Shown: positions 1-8,890 of the stretch, in pieces
Layout of the letters: each line of letters begins with the position of its first letter
Numbering within the stretch: position 1 is the first letter of the stretch
DNA from: a virus
DNA: 40,815 bases
UHGV virus genome: UHGV-0360510
Reading direction: 5' to 3' (one strand)
Translations under genes and position numbers: made by a program
Notes under the pieces: generated by a model
Database searches by the model: none
Told to the model about the DNA's origin: nothing
Seen by the model: the letters and a program-made list of their open reading frames with translations, nothing else

Positions 1-50
1 GTTCCATCTTTATGCAGCTTGGTGACTCTCTGGCCACTATGGCTGCACAT
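1..50 (-). CDS. Partial CDS (N-terminal part only; continues past the left edge), hypothetical
   Basis: ATG at 50..48 preceded by AGAGGG; open frame runs off the window. Begins just downstream of the DUF551 gene stop. Confidence 0.3.
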   Translation of the reverse strand, partial: MCSHSGQRVTKLHKDG

Positions 51-98
51 CAGGCCCTCTGTGCTCCCAAGGATACCAAGTAATTCCTTGGGAGAAAC

Positions 99-527
99 TC
101 ACTCCTCTGGCCGGTATGGCTCCGGCAGCGGCATCCAGGCATTAACATACAGATCCTCTGATAGACAGGTATCTCCCTCATCATTGTCACCCAGATAGAA
201 CGCTCCTCCACCATCATTATCAGCCTCATATCTTCCGATCAGTGGTAGAGAGAAATTGCTGAACGATAGTAGAATATAATTATCATCTTCCGGCAACCTC
301 TCCTCCACCGGGATCCAGCGGTGCTCCGATGTTTTTCTGTTCGCGTTTAACGCCTTGATTTCTTCCGGCGCCAGACCGGTATCCTCATACTCCATCAACT
401 TCCAGAGAGCTCCATACAGCCGCTCCCGTAAAGACTTGGTGATTACCTGTCCTTCATGCAGCTGTTCCCATGACACTCCCTTCAAGCACCAATTTCCCTG
501 CTCATCTTTCTGTGTTAATCTCTTCAT
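99..527 (-). CDS. DUF551-domain phage protein. The ORF track extends it to 593, but the likely true start is the ATG at 527.
   Basis: C-terminal motif WIPVEERLPE...YVNAWMPLPEPY is typical of DUF551. The internal ATG (MKRLTQ...) follows GGAGGAGG at good spacing. The upstream 22 codons are fully overlapped by a separate zinc-ribbon ORF. Confidence 0.6.
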   Translation of the reverse strand: MKRLTQKDEQGNWCLKGVSWEQLHEGQVITKSLRERLYGALWKLMEYEDTGLAPEEIKALNANRKTSEHRWIPVEERLPEDDNYILLSFSNFSLPLIGRYEADNDGGGAFYLGDNDEGDTCLSEDLYVNAWMPLPEPYRPEE

Positions 528-657
528 TCTCGCCTTCCTCCTCCCACTCAAGTGCCTCGCCGCATATCTGGCAGTAATTCTGCCCCAGCTCAATCATCTC
601 ATTCTCACATACTGGGCACATAAATCTTTCTTTTCCCTGCATCAAAATCTTAGCCAT
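502..657 (-). CDS. Small zinc-ribbon protein (51 aa; two CxxC pairs), absent from the ORF track
   Basis: MAKILMQGKERFMCPVCENEMIELGQNYCQICGEALEWEEEGENEEINTER. AAAGGAGA sits 7 nt upstream of the ATG. The stop overlaps the DUF551 start region (coupled). Confidence 0.4.
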   Translation of the reverse strand: MAKILMQGKERFMCPVCENEMIELGQNYCQICGEALEWEEEGENEEINTER

Positions 658-832
658 GGCTATTCTCCTTTCCTGATCGGCGTTCCTGCCCCTTCATCAT
701 CCGCCTTAACATTCGATTGGAAGCGACACTTTCTATTGTGCAGCCTTGTCCACTTCCAAATTGTTTACTATACGCTGTCAAACCTACCGCCATACCAGCC
801 GTTCGAGTTTTACTTATTCTACTTTTCCCCAT
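650..832 (-). CDS. Small basic hypothetical protein (60 aa)
   Basis: ATG 10 nt after the helicase-MTase stop, with GAGG at -9. No recognisable domain. Confidence 0.3.
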   Translation of the reverse strand: MGKSRISKTRTAGMAVGLTAYSKQFGSGQGCTIESVASNRMLRRMMKGQERRSGKENSHG

Positions 833-842
833 CTTTTTTACC

Positions 843-3395
843 TCACTTCATATAATCAAACAGCGTTGGGGCCTCAATCTCATCTTCTGCCGCCTGTAAA
901 TACCCTACTCCATCCCGGAAGTAATCTGGATTCAGTTCAATTCCATATCCCTTCCGATGCATCTTAACCGCAGACATAGGTACCGTCATAAGGCCGCCGA
1001 ACGGATCCAGCACCTCATCTCTCTCATTGGAATAACGGTTAATGATCCGTTCCACAATATCAAGCTGTAAGGGGCATACGTGCATCTGGGCCCGTCTCCG
1101 GGACTGGTTCGTGTTAAGCGTCCGCATCCGGTTTATATCGTCCCATACTTCCCAGGCCCAGCTCCCAGGTGCCACCACCATAAAGGTGGCAGGCAGCTTT
1201 CCGTCCGTGTCCAGCTTTCTGGCTAACGCTACATGATCTTCATAATTGTAGACAGTACCCCTGCTGTATTTGCGGTACACAGCCTGCAGATTATCAACGG
1301 ATATCTTTCCCAACTCTTCCTTGCTGATTAACCGATCGCCGGAGCTGCGCCAAAACCCATGCGCATCAATCTGCCACTGTGCCCTGATGTATTCCTCCTT
1401 GGTTTTTTTGACTGGTTCATCCGCATAGGCTGTGGACCGGTCTGTAGGCAGTTTGCGGAACAGCAGGATATACTCCGGACAGCCTACACCCATTTTGGAG
1501 CCATCCTTGCACTGTTCGCTCCATCCAAGCCGGTAGGTCTGGTTATTTTCCCGCACCACATCCGTCACCACGGTAATCATACCGAAATATTGGAACCCAT
1601 GTTTTATGTAATGGTTGATACAGAGTGCATGGAAGGGTTCCACCGTAGGCATCCCAGTGCCGGTGGCATTTCCGTACAGTACCCGATCTTTCACATGGAC
1701 CGCCGCCACCCGTCCAGGCTTCAACACCCGCAAAAGCTCCGGCGTCAAAAAGTCCATCTGTTCAAAAAATCGTGCCGTGTCCTGGTTATGGCCGAAATCA
1801 TTATAGTTTGCGCTGTACTCATAATGGTTGCCAAACGGGATGCTCGTATGGATCAGCCCAAAGCGGCTATCTTCCAGTCTCCGGACTGCCTCCACACAAT
1901 CGTCATGTACTGCTGTATAATTCTTTCCGTTTATCTCCACAGTTTTTACCCCCATCTTTCGCTTTAATGCCTGCTCTTTTCCTGTTCTGGAAAGTCCATA
2001 TTTCCGTACAATCTCAATCATCTTTTCCACCATGTGATCGTGGTTTTTCCATTTCTCCAGCAGTGCCTCTTTGATCTGGCGCTCCGATTCCATGTAGATG
2101 ATGTCAATCACCACCGGCTCAGTCTGTAAAAAACGGTAACACCGGTGGATTGCCTGAATAAAATCGTTAAATTCATAATCAATCCCCAGAAATATCTCCC
2201 GATGGCAATACCGTTGGAAATTGCATCCTGATCCGGAAAGAGATTTCTTGGTTGCAAACAGACGGATCCTCCCGTCTGAAAAGGCAATTACCCTTTCTTC
2301 TCTAACCTCATAATCCTGAGAACCGTAGATGTCCGCGGTTTCCGGCAGTGCTGCCCTGATTGCGTGCCGCTCCGCCTCCTGGTCATGCCACAACACAAAA
2401 TGATCCTCCGGTGATTCTTCTACCAGTTCTTTCATTTTCTGTACCCGGGCATCAATGCTTTCCCGTTTTACCTGTGCCGCCTCCTTAAGACCGACGGCCG
2501 CATCCTGAAACAGGCTCATCTGTCCATCCCGGTCAATGGCATCCCCATAGTGTACCGGGATCTCATGCCATCGTACCTCTAACGGTGGAAGGTCATAGCC
2601 TGCATCTGGATAATCCGGGCTGACATCAGAAGGCTTTGTGACAAACAGTGCCCAGCTTGATACCCACAACCAAAACTCATCTTCCATATTGGGGTACAGG
2701 GTCAGGTTGTTAGCCTTAGTGCTGTCCCTCTGAAAGAACCGGGTAAGAGCCTGGCCGGTATCCATCACTTCCAAGTAGCCGGCATAATGAATCAGCTCCT
2801 TGTATTTGTTCGGGCTCGGCGTTGCTGTGGCCACCAGCTTATAAGGCACGCCCTTGAACTTATCCAGGAACATCTGGTAGGTCTTGCTCCCGAAGCTGCG
2901 GAGCACCGATGCCTCGTCCAGGCTCGTTGCCGTAAAATATACCGGGTCAATATCGCCGTCCCGGACCCGCTCATAGTTGGTCAGTACAATGTCGGAATCG
3001 GCTGCCCTGACCTCCTCCATGGTGCGGACATACTGCGGTTTCCCGTATCCCAGAAGTTCCACGGCGTCCCGCTGAAACTCCTGTTTTACACCTAACGGGC
3101 AGACAATCATCGCCTTGCCGCCCTCATGACGCACTGCCTGGCGGCAAAATTCCAGTTCCTGCACCGTCTTTCCCAGGCCAAAAGATTCAAACAATGCCCT
3201 GCGGCCGCCACGCAGAGCCCACACTACTGCATCTGCCTGGTGTGGTTTTAACGCCGGATTGATCTCTGCCCGGTCTGCTAAAAAACCGCTGTCTGGCGCA
3301 ATCTCTATCTTACTTTTCAAAAACTCTAAATAATCCATATCTTTATAGAAGCCTGCATATGCATTACCCCGGCCGGAGGTTCCAGCTCCTTTCAT
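843..3395 (-). CDS. SNF2/DEAD-like helicase fused to a beta-class amino-DNA methyltransferase (N6A/N4C type)
   Basis: N-terminal Walker A (FGLGKT), DEAS box and helicase C motifs. The C-terminal region has the pfam01555-type pattern with motif IV-like GLIHTSIPF early and motif I VLDPFGGLMT ... GIELNPDY near the C-terminus. Confidence 0.8.
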   Translation of the reverse strand: MKGAGTSGRGNAYAGFYKDMDYLEFLKSKIEIAPDSGFLADRAEINPALKPHQADAVVWALRGGRRALFESFGLGKTVQELEFCRQAVRHEGGKAMIVCPLGVKQEFQRDAVELLGYGKPQYVRTMEEVRAADSDIVLTNYERVRDGDIDPVYFTATSLDEASVLRSFGSKTYQMFLDKFKGVPYKLVATATPSPNKYKELIHYAGYLEVMDTGQALTRFFQRDSTKANNLTLYPNMEDEFWLWVSSWALFVTKPSDVSPDYPDAGYDLPPLEVRWHEIPVHYGDAIDRDGQMSLFQDAAVGLKEAAQVKRESIDARVQKMKELVEESPEDHFVLWHDQEAERHAIRAALPETADIYGSQDYEVREERVIAFSDGRIRLFATKKSLSGSGCNFQRYCHREIFLGIDYEFNDFIQAIHRCYRFLQTEPVVIDIIYMESERQIKEALLEKWKNHDHMVEKMIEIVRKYGLSRTGKEQALKRKMGVKTVEINGKNYTAVHDDCVEAVRRLEDSRFGLIHTSIPFGNHYEYSANYNDFGHNQDTARFFEQMDFLTPELLRVLKPGRVAAVHVKDRVLYGNATGTGMPTVEPFHALCINHYIKHGFQYFGMITVVTDVVRENNQTYRLGWSEQCKDGSKMGVGCPEYILLFRKLPTDRSTAYADEPVKKTKEEYIRAQWQIDAHGFWRSSGDRLISKEELGKISVDNLQAVYRKYSRGTVYNYEDHVALARKLDTDGKLPATFMVVAPGSWAWEVWDDINRMRTLNTNQSRRRAQMHVCPLQLDIVERIINRYSNERDEVLDPFGGLMTVPMSAVKMHRKGYGIELNPDYFRDGVGYLQAAEDEIEAPTLFDYMK

Positions 3396-3398
3396 TTT

Positions 3399-4268
3399 TT
3401 ATCTTCTCATTTTCTGTATCCCTGAAATCAGGTTCTTCCGGTTTTCTGCCGCTATGACATCTCGGATTGATTCTTCAGGGAACGGGATTTGATAAGTGCG
3501 TTCCTTCATCCGGTTTACAATCCGCTCATCATACCTCAAATCCTCCAGGCTGGAATTGCTGGTAAAAATCGTAGGCAGCTTATCCTGATACCGCCCGTTG
3601 ATAATGGCATAAAAGCGCTCCCCTATCCAGTCTTTGGGGATCTCTGTCCCGAAGTCGTCGATCACCAGCACTTCCACCGTTGCCAGAGCGTCCAGAAGAT
3701 CACTTTCCTTCCGGTCCCGGTCATCCCAGGTCGCTTTGATCTCCTGGACGATCCGCATGGATCCGGAGAACCTGACCTGCATCCGGTACCTGCGTATCAG
3801 TTCGTTGGCTATGCTTGCTGCCATCCTCGTTTTCCCTGACCCTTTTGTATCAGAGTACAGGTACAGACCCATTCCGGCAGCTTTCATGTCCTCCAGGTTA
3901 TCCAGATAATATTTGACCGCTGCACACGCCTGCCTTATAGTTTTCCTGCTGTCCTCTTTCCGGTACACGTCCAGGCAGAATGTATTGAGCTCCATGTCTG
4001 CAAAAGCCTCTGGGATATTGGCGAAAGACAGCTTGCGCTCCATGATCTGGCGTTCTACCAGACCGCACTCACACCGACGCCCATACTCTATGCCTTCCGC
4101 ATCGCGCCAGTACACCCAGCCGGTCCCATGACATTCAGGGCATTCAGAACCCTGTGAAATCTTCCCCGGCATCTTCAAGATAGTTTCCTGCCGCTCTGCT
4201 CTTATCCGGCTTATCATCTTCTCCAAAGCATCCACCTTTTTCCCTCCTCTCCCGTTTTGCGGCGTCAA
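3399..4268 (-). CDS. DnaC/IstB-like AAA+ helicase loader (phage replication protein)
   Basis: Walker A GSGKTR, Walker B VLVIDDFG, N-terminal CxxC...CxC zinc motif. The annotated start is TTG overlapping the upstream gene; the true start may be the internal ATG at 4217. Confidence 0.8.
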   Translation of the reverse strand: MTPQNGRGGKKVDALEKMISRIRAERQETILKMPGKISQGSECPECHGTGWVYWRDAEGIEYGRRCECGLVERQIMERKLSFANIPEAFADMELNTFCLDVYRKEDSRKTIRQACAAVKYYLDNLEDMKAAGMGLYLYSDTKGSGKTRMAASIANELIRRYRMQVRFSGSMRIVQEIKATWDDRDRKESDLLDALATVEVLVIDDFGTEIPKDWIGERFYAIINGRYQDKLPTIFTSNSSLEDLRYDERIVNRMKERTYQIPFPEESIRDVIAAENRKNLISGIQKMRR

Positions 4269-4884
4269 TGACCCACTTCCTGATAGCCAGGTAACTGCTC
4301 TTGTGCTTGTACCCCTTCATTTCCACATACTCGTCCAGGTACCGGACAGCATCCGTGGTCAGGGAAGTTCCGTACTCGCCGGTCAGTTTTTCAAGCTCCT
4401 GGTCCGTCAACAGGACATGACCGTATTCACCGCGCTTATGTTTCACCTTTGACGGATCGGTGGGTTCTTTTGATACGTTAGTATCTTTCTTATTGTTTTG
4501 TTTTTGTTTATGTTTATGTTTATATAATGTGCTACTATTTTGCACACCATCTTGCATACTGTTTTGATTACTGTTTTGCACACCATCTTGCGTACCAACT
4601 TGCTTACTATTTGCTATAGTGATGCAGTACACAGTCGTTTTGGTTCCCCTTTCCCGGAAATCAATCAGCCCTCTTTGTTTTAATTCATTTCTCGCTTTCA
4701 GTATTCCTGACCTGCTCATTCCCGTCAGTACTGACAGCACTTGATTCGGCGCTTGAAACCACTCTGTCCAGTTGCTTCTGTTGCATACATGCAATAACGC
4801 AAAGTATAACGACACCTGCCCTGTAGACAACGGATTTGTCGTGGCCGAATCCCAGAAAGAATTGATCATGGCTATGTAATTCAT
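4144..4884 (-). CDS. Phage replisome organiser / DnaD-like replication initiator
   Basis: N-terminal winged-HTH replisome-organiser pattern (SNWTEWFQAPNQVLSVLTGMSRSGILKARNELKQRGLI). C-terminal TIGR02220-like domain (AVRYLDEYVEMKGYKHKSSYLAIRKWV). A low-complexity linker carries DNA direct repeats. Confidence 0.7.
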   Translation of the reverse strand: MNYIAMINSFWDSATTNPLSTGQVSLYFALLHVCNRSNWTEWFQAPNQVLSVLTGMSRSGILKARNELKQRGLIDFRERGTKTTVYCITIANSKQVGTQDGVQNSNQNSMQDGVQNSSTLYKHKHKQKQNNKKDTNVSKEPTDPSKVKHKRGEYGHVLLTDQELEKLTGEYGTSLTTDAVRYLDEYVEMKGYKHKSSYLAIRKWVIDAAKRERREKGGCFGEDDKPDKSRAAGNYLEDAGEDFTGF

Positions 4885-4888
4885 GTTT

Positions 4889-5230
4889 TCACCTGCTGTC
4901 CATCTCCCTGCCTGCTTCCCACTCCCTGTATATCCGGATCCAGTCTACAAGACGCATCGTCACCAGCCATTCGCACCGGTCTTTCCGATGGAATACCGCG
5001 GGAAGAAGTCCTTTAGCGGCGTCCCTTACTGCCTGCAATACGGCATCCAGAAGATTCAGTTTCTCTACCCGCTTGCACTCTATATGGATCCCCGGGAGGC
5101 CTATCACATCCGCATCACCGGAAGACCCGCAATACTGCTGGCCCCTGCGGCAGTCATAACCGTATTCCCGCAGGATCCCGGCCAGTTCCCGCTCTCCGCG
5201 CTTTCCTTTTTCTCTCTGTGATTTTCCCAT
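4889..5230 (-). CDS. Holliday-junction resolvase-like PD-(D/E)xK nuclease (Hjc-type). The track ORF extends to 5386, but the start at 5230 has a perfect RBS.
   Basis: GERELAGILREYGY...GSSGDADVIGLPGIHIECKRVEK matches the Hjc-type E...D...E.K pattern. AAGGAGG lies 4 nt upstream of the ATG at 5230. Confidence 0.65.
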   Translation of the reverse strand: MGKSQREKGKRGERELAGILREYGYDCRRGQQYCGSSGDADVIGLPGIHIECKRVEKLNLLDAVLQAVRDAAKGLLPAVFHRKDRCEWLVTMRLVDWIRIYREWEAGREMDSR

Positions 5231-5324
5231 GTACCTCCTTCCCGACCGGCAGACGGTCAGCCATGCCGGTCTTAGGACATTTATAACCAGATGGCATTTA
5301 ATATCGTGACATATTATCCCGCCA

Positions 5325-5612
5325 TCAGAGGTAACTCTTTCCAAATTCCCGCCGGAAATCTTCCCGGCTTCCATAATGCTCCTCATAATACTTTTGAGCC
5401 TTACGTTTCAAACTTTCATCAAATACCTGATCCATATGTACACTGTAAGAGGCCATATTGTGCCAGTCTGGGCGCAGCGGCACCAGAAAGCCATATTTCT
5501 CTGACAGGGACCGGTTCGGCCCGTTAAATACATGATGGATGGCAACATTGCAATCTCCTGTAATGATACAGTGGTGCAGATCATCTGTGAGCACGCTATG
5601 CAGTTTTTTCAT
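5325..5612 (-). CDS. Hypothetical protein with a degenerate HNH/His-Me-finger-like motif
   Basis: LHHCIITGDCNVAIHHVFNGPNRS...LVPLRPDWHN resembles HNH spacing with the Cys ligands lost. Assignment is weak. Confidence 0.45.
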   Translation of the reverse strand: MKKLHSVLTDDLHHCIITGDCNVAIHHVFNGPNRSLSEKYGFLVPLRPDWHNMASYSVHMDQVFDESLKRKAQKYYEEHYGSREDFRREFGKSYL

Positions 5613-6234
5613 GGCGTTTTCTCCAATTCTTCTCGTACATTTCCATCATACGTTCCAGTTCTTGAGGCGGGATTGTTTCAATTCCTTGTTCCTTACATTC
5701 TGACACCAGCCCATCAATCAACGCAGACATTTCTGCGGTATCATAGGTACTTGATCCACGCAGCATTACATAGGTGCGGTACAGTTTCCCGTCCTTCCCT
5801 ACATTGACTTCTGATGTAGGACAGATATGGTAGGTTTCGGATTCATCCGCTTTTCTGGTTCCTTCGTCATTATCTGGAAGAACTAAAAATATCATTTGAC
5901 CGTCAATAATCTCTCGACGACCATACCGCCTCAAAAGAATATTGTGTAAGTGTGGCTTGGAAATGTTGAGCTTGTCCGCCAGTTTTGTCACCATCTGCCA
6001 GTAATAAGCATTTGCATCCAAGCTGCGTTTCTTTTTCCATGGCTTTACAGTAAAGACCAGCTTCTCATGTTTTCTCAGATCATCCCACTCCGGGCCGATA
6101 TCGTCCCGATCACACTGTACAGTCAGTTCCATCCGGTGAGAATCTATATCAATACGCAGACCACCCACAAATCTTCCCATAAAGTCCATAAATAAGCTAC
6201 TGCCTTTCCGGATTGTTCCATGGCAGTCCATCAC
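5596..6234 (-). CDS. NinB/Orf-family recombination mediator
   Basis: VFTVKPWKKKRSLDANAYYWQMVTKLADKL aligns with lambda NinB PIVVTIQERNRSLDQNRKLWACLGDVS. The C-terminal SSTYDTAEMSALIDGLVSECKEQGIE resembles QSTSRMRVGEFAELLELIQAFGTERGV. The start may be the internal ATG at 6189. Confidence 0.7.
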   Translation of the reverse strand: MMDCHGTIRKGSSLFMDFMGRFVGGLRIDIDSHRMELTVQCDRDDIGPEWDDLRKHEKLVFTVKPWKKKRSLDANAYYWQMVTKLADKLNISKPHLHNILLRRYGRREIIDGQMIFLVLPDNDEGTRKADESETYHICPTSEVNVGKDGKLYRTYVMLRGSSTYDTAEMSALIDGLVSECKEQGIETIPPQELERMMEMYEKNWRKRHEKTA

Positions 6235-6988
6235 TCCCGTTTTCAGGAGGAATTGTGGCGGGATCTATTGGCTTATCTGGTTTGCCTTTCAAGACGTCCA
6301 TTGCGTCCCGAAATTGGTCTATATTCATCTCATGAACATCTTTAATATCATAATTCCGTAGAATTTGTTTCAATCCTACCCCTGTTCTGGATAATTCCAC
6401 GTACAGCGTGTTAATATGAGCCGTCTCTACCAGTATCGGCCCCTGTGATTCTGAGGCCTCTGTATTCTCATCTGGTTCAGGCTGCCCCATAGTAAAAACC
6501 ACCTTATTCTTACACTTAATTACCAATGCATTGATATTATTTTCAGTGTCGTAACCAATTTGGCCCACGGAAAACCGATCCCGGCAGGTGTATCTTGCTC
6601 TTCCACTGCCTTCTGCCTTCTCAATCTTACATTTCCCGGACGGGATCCAAATGAACGGCGCCGTATACAGTTCCCGTCCGATCCCCCAATTAAAGCAGGC
6701 CCGCTTAAAAGAATCAGAAGCCAGTCCCTTTTCCTTTTCTGTGTTGCTCTCTGTACCTGTATCCTCTTTCTCAATCCACTGATTCTTGTCGTCGTCCCAG
6801 ATAGATACCGTACAGTTTGCATTGTCCCTGGAATGGTGGCGCTGCCAGTTTTCCGGCCCCACAGCTTCATCCAGGATATTCATGTCGCACCGGGCATCCT
6901 TATACAGCAGAAGGGTGACGCCTTTCTCTGTTACTGTGGCTACCCTGCAATCAATCTCGTCTGCTCTCAATGTTCTAAATTTCTTCAT
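6197..6988 (-). CDS. Rad52/Sak-family single-strand annealing protein
   Basis: KGLASDSFKRACFNWGIGRELYTAP is the Rad52/Rad22 (Sak) signature. It sits between the NinB-like and small early genes. Confidence 0.75.
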   Translation of the reverse strand: MKKFRTLRADEIDCRVATVTEKGVTLLLYKDARCDMNILDEAVGPENWQRHHSRDNANCTVSIWDDDKNQWIEKEDTGTESNTEKEKGLASDSFKRACFNWGIGRELYTAPFIWIPSGKCKIEKAEGSGRARYTCRDRFSVGQIGYDTENNINALVIKCKNKVVFTMGQPEPDENTEASESQGPILVETAHINTLYVELSRTGVGLKQILRNYDIKDVHEMNIDQFRDAMDVLKGKPDKPIDPATIPPENGSDGLPWNNPERQ

Positions 6989-7182
6989 GATTCATTCACT
7001 TCCACCATTTCCTCTGGTTCCATAGCCAGGGTTGTATGTACGCCGCCTGCGTGGCAGTCCACATTGATATATCTTCCATCCGGTTTTACCGCATCTATCT
7101 GGAACTTAACCCAGTTCCCGTAATCACCATACTCCACCCGGATCGTCTGTCCTGAGATCAGTTCTTTTGCTTTCACTTTCAT
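6985..7182 (-). CDS. Hypothetical early protein (65 aa)
   Basis: ATGA overlap with the downstream gene; in the operon frame. Confidence 0.5.
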   Translation of the reverse strand: MKVKAKELISGQTIRVEYGDYGNWVKFQIDAVKPDGRYINVDCHAGGVHTTLAMEPEEMVEVNES

Positions 7183-7376
7183 TCTGCTTTTCCTCCCTGT
7201 TCGTTGTCTTTATTCTCAGCCAGTTCAAAGCCCAGCGCCGCCGCAACCACTTCACGGTCGACGGAATACTTGCTTGCCTGGATAATCCCTGCCAGCGCAT
7301 TGACCCGGCCCATAAGCATCAGGGCCTCCTCATACTGATTTTCAGCGCAAAATACATCATTTTTTCGATTTGCCAT
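7179..7376 (-). CDS. Hypothetical early protein (65 aa)
   Basis: 4-nt overlap coupling with neighbours. Confidence 0.5.
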   Translation of the reverse strand: MANRKNDVFCAENQYEEALMLMGRVNALAGIIQASKYSVDREVVAAALGFELAENKDNEQGGKAE

Positions 7377-7389
7377 CTTGTTTCCTCGC

Positions 7390-7746
7390 TCATTCTCCCT
7401 TATAATAAGGGTGTGTTATTTGTTTTTTGGACCCGCCACAGTTCCCGCTGTGCAGGTCCTTTTTCAGTTGCTTAAGATCCTTGAACAGCTTGTCCATCTG
7501 GCCTGGGCTGTCCAGATATGCATCAAGGTACTTACCTACATCCATACCAGGCTCCCAGCCAGTCGCATAAGTTTCCACCGTCACCCCTGCGACATGACCG
7601 TTAAAAAGAAAGAACGCTGTAGGGTGATCCCCTGTAAGCTCCCGCTTACTTTCCTGCAGCCCGTTGATCTGCAAGCACAGATCCAGGGCCTCGCAGATCT
7701 GCTGTCTCCTGCGTTTCTCCGCCTTACGCTTCAATCTCTGATTCAT
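7390..7746 (-). CDS. Hypothetical early protein (118 aa)
   Basis: Coding-like composition in the operon; no recognisable domain. Confidence 0.5.
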   Translation of the reverse strand: MNQRLKRKAEKRRRQQICEALDLCLQINGLQESKRELTGDHPTAFFLFNGHVAGVTVETYATGWEPGMDVGKYLDAYLDSPGQMDKLFKDLKQLKKDLHSGNCGGSKKQITHPYYKGE

Positions 7747-7762
7747 CCTTCCTCACCTCCCT

Positions 7763-7990
7763 TCACAGCGCGATCACGCCATATGCCACCAGAAACAGCA
7801 CCACTGATTCCGCTCCCAGCAGAAACGCCATCGCCGCGGCCAGGTTCCACGCCCAGCGGTTGTCCTGGCGGTATCTCTGAAGCTCATCCCCTACCAGGCT
7901 GCCCAGTGCCAGGATGTCGTCATATTCCTCCGGGGTGATGGTGACGGGGGCCTCTGGCTGGGGGTTATGTTTGATTACTTCTGCTTGCAT
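7763..7990 (-). CDS. Hypothetical small protein with a C-terminal transmembrane helix
   Basis: LAAAMAFLLGAESVVLFLVAYGVIAL is a hydrophobic tail. Confidence 0.45.
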   Translation of the reverse strand: MQAEVIKHNPQPEAPVTITPEEYDDILALGSLVGDELQRYRQDNRWAWNLAAAMAFLLGAESVVLFLVAYGVIAL

Positions 7991-7999
7991 TGTTACCTC

Positions 8000-8239
8000 C
8001 TATAAAAATGTATTTCGCTGTTCCTGTGGCACATCCAACACGTTGCAAATTGCCCAGAGATCATTCAGCCGGAACGTTCCGGGATTCCGCTTACGCTGGA
8101 CGAAGGTTCCTGGTTTGATGCCTGCCGCCTTGGCAATCATCGCATCGGTCATGCCCTTACGCTGTTTATGTTCTGCGATGATGGCCTTAATGTTCTCGCT
8201 TCTCTGCCTGCTGTAGGTCATGTACTCTCTTGCTGTCAT
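8000..8239 (-). CDS. Helix-turn-helix domain protein (small early regulator)
   Basis: MTDAMIAKAAGIKPGTFVQRKRNPGTFRLNDLWAICNVLDV is HTH-like. Confidence 0.5.
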   Translation of the reverse strand: MTAREYMTYSRQRSENIKAIIAEHKQRKGMTDAMIAKAAGIKPGTFVQRKRNPGTFRLNDLWAICNVLDVPQEQRNTFL

Positions 8240-8256
8240 GTGGTCTGCCTCCCTTC

Positions 8257-8778
8257 TTAAGCTTTGCCAGAGCCTTCCAAAAACTTCACTATGCTCATCT
8301 GCTCATATTTTGGAATCTTCACAAAATCAGCTGGAAGCTGGATTCCATACTGTTCGCAAACCATCTTTACCATTTCAGCGGATTTATATGGAGCAATACC
8401 CTGCTTATCCATACGGTTTGAAAGAACTTTGAGCAGATTCTCCACCTCTCCCGGATGCTCCGTTGGAGGAATCTGTTTTTTCGGATTCTCCATTTCGTGG
8501 AATCGGTTGATGTACCTTGCAGTAAATTCCGTTCCCTTCTGTCCAGTCATCTTGTGGGCGATGAACTCACAGCCTTTCTTTGTGACAAGAAAACAGGGGA
8601 GCGCCTTGTTTTGCTCTGTAACATATGTAGATTCCTTGAAAAAATCGGAGAATCCAATTTTGGCTTCTCCTAACTGAGATATGTAATTGCGAATATCCCG
8701 AAGTAACTTAGAATGTTCTTTTCCACACCACTCAGCTGCTTCCATTGATGTAATGGTGGTTCTTGTTAAATCATGCAT
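8257..8778 (-). CDS. Phage regulatory protein Rha family
   Basis: N-terminal TSMEAAEWCGKEHSKLLRDIRNYI is the Rha (Phage_pRha) signature. Confidence 0.7.
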   Translation of the reverse strand: MHDLTRTTITSMEAAEWCGKEHSKLLRDIRNYISQLGEAKIGFSDFFKESTYVTEQNKALPCFLVTKKGCEFIAHKMTGQKGTEFTARYINRFHEMENPKKQIPPTEHPGEVENLLKVLSNRMDKQGIAPYKSAEMVKMVCEQYGIQLPADFVKIPKYEQMSIVKFLEGSGKA

Positions 8779-8890
8779 TTTATGTGCCTCCTTCCTAAAC
8801 TATAAATTATCTTGCTTTCCCTTTCGCTCTCTGGTAGTCTCTAAATTTCTGTGTTACAATTCTTTTATCAAATGCAAAGGAGAAATAATC

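Noticed and set aside
650-832. Possibility that the 60-aa basic ORF is a real DNA-binding protein
   Set aside because: Good RBS but no recognisable fold and partly overlapping the zinc-ribbon ORF. Left as a low-confidence feature rather than a finding.
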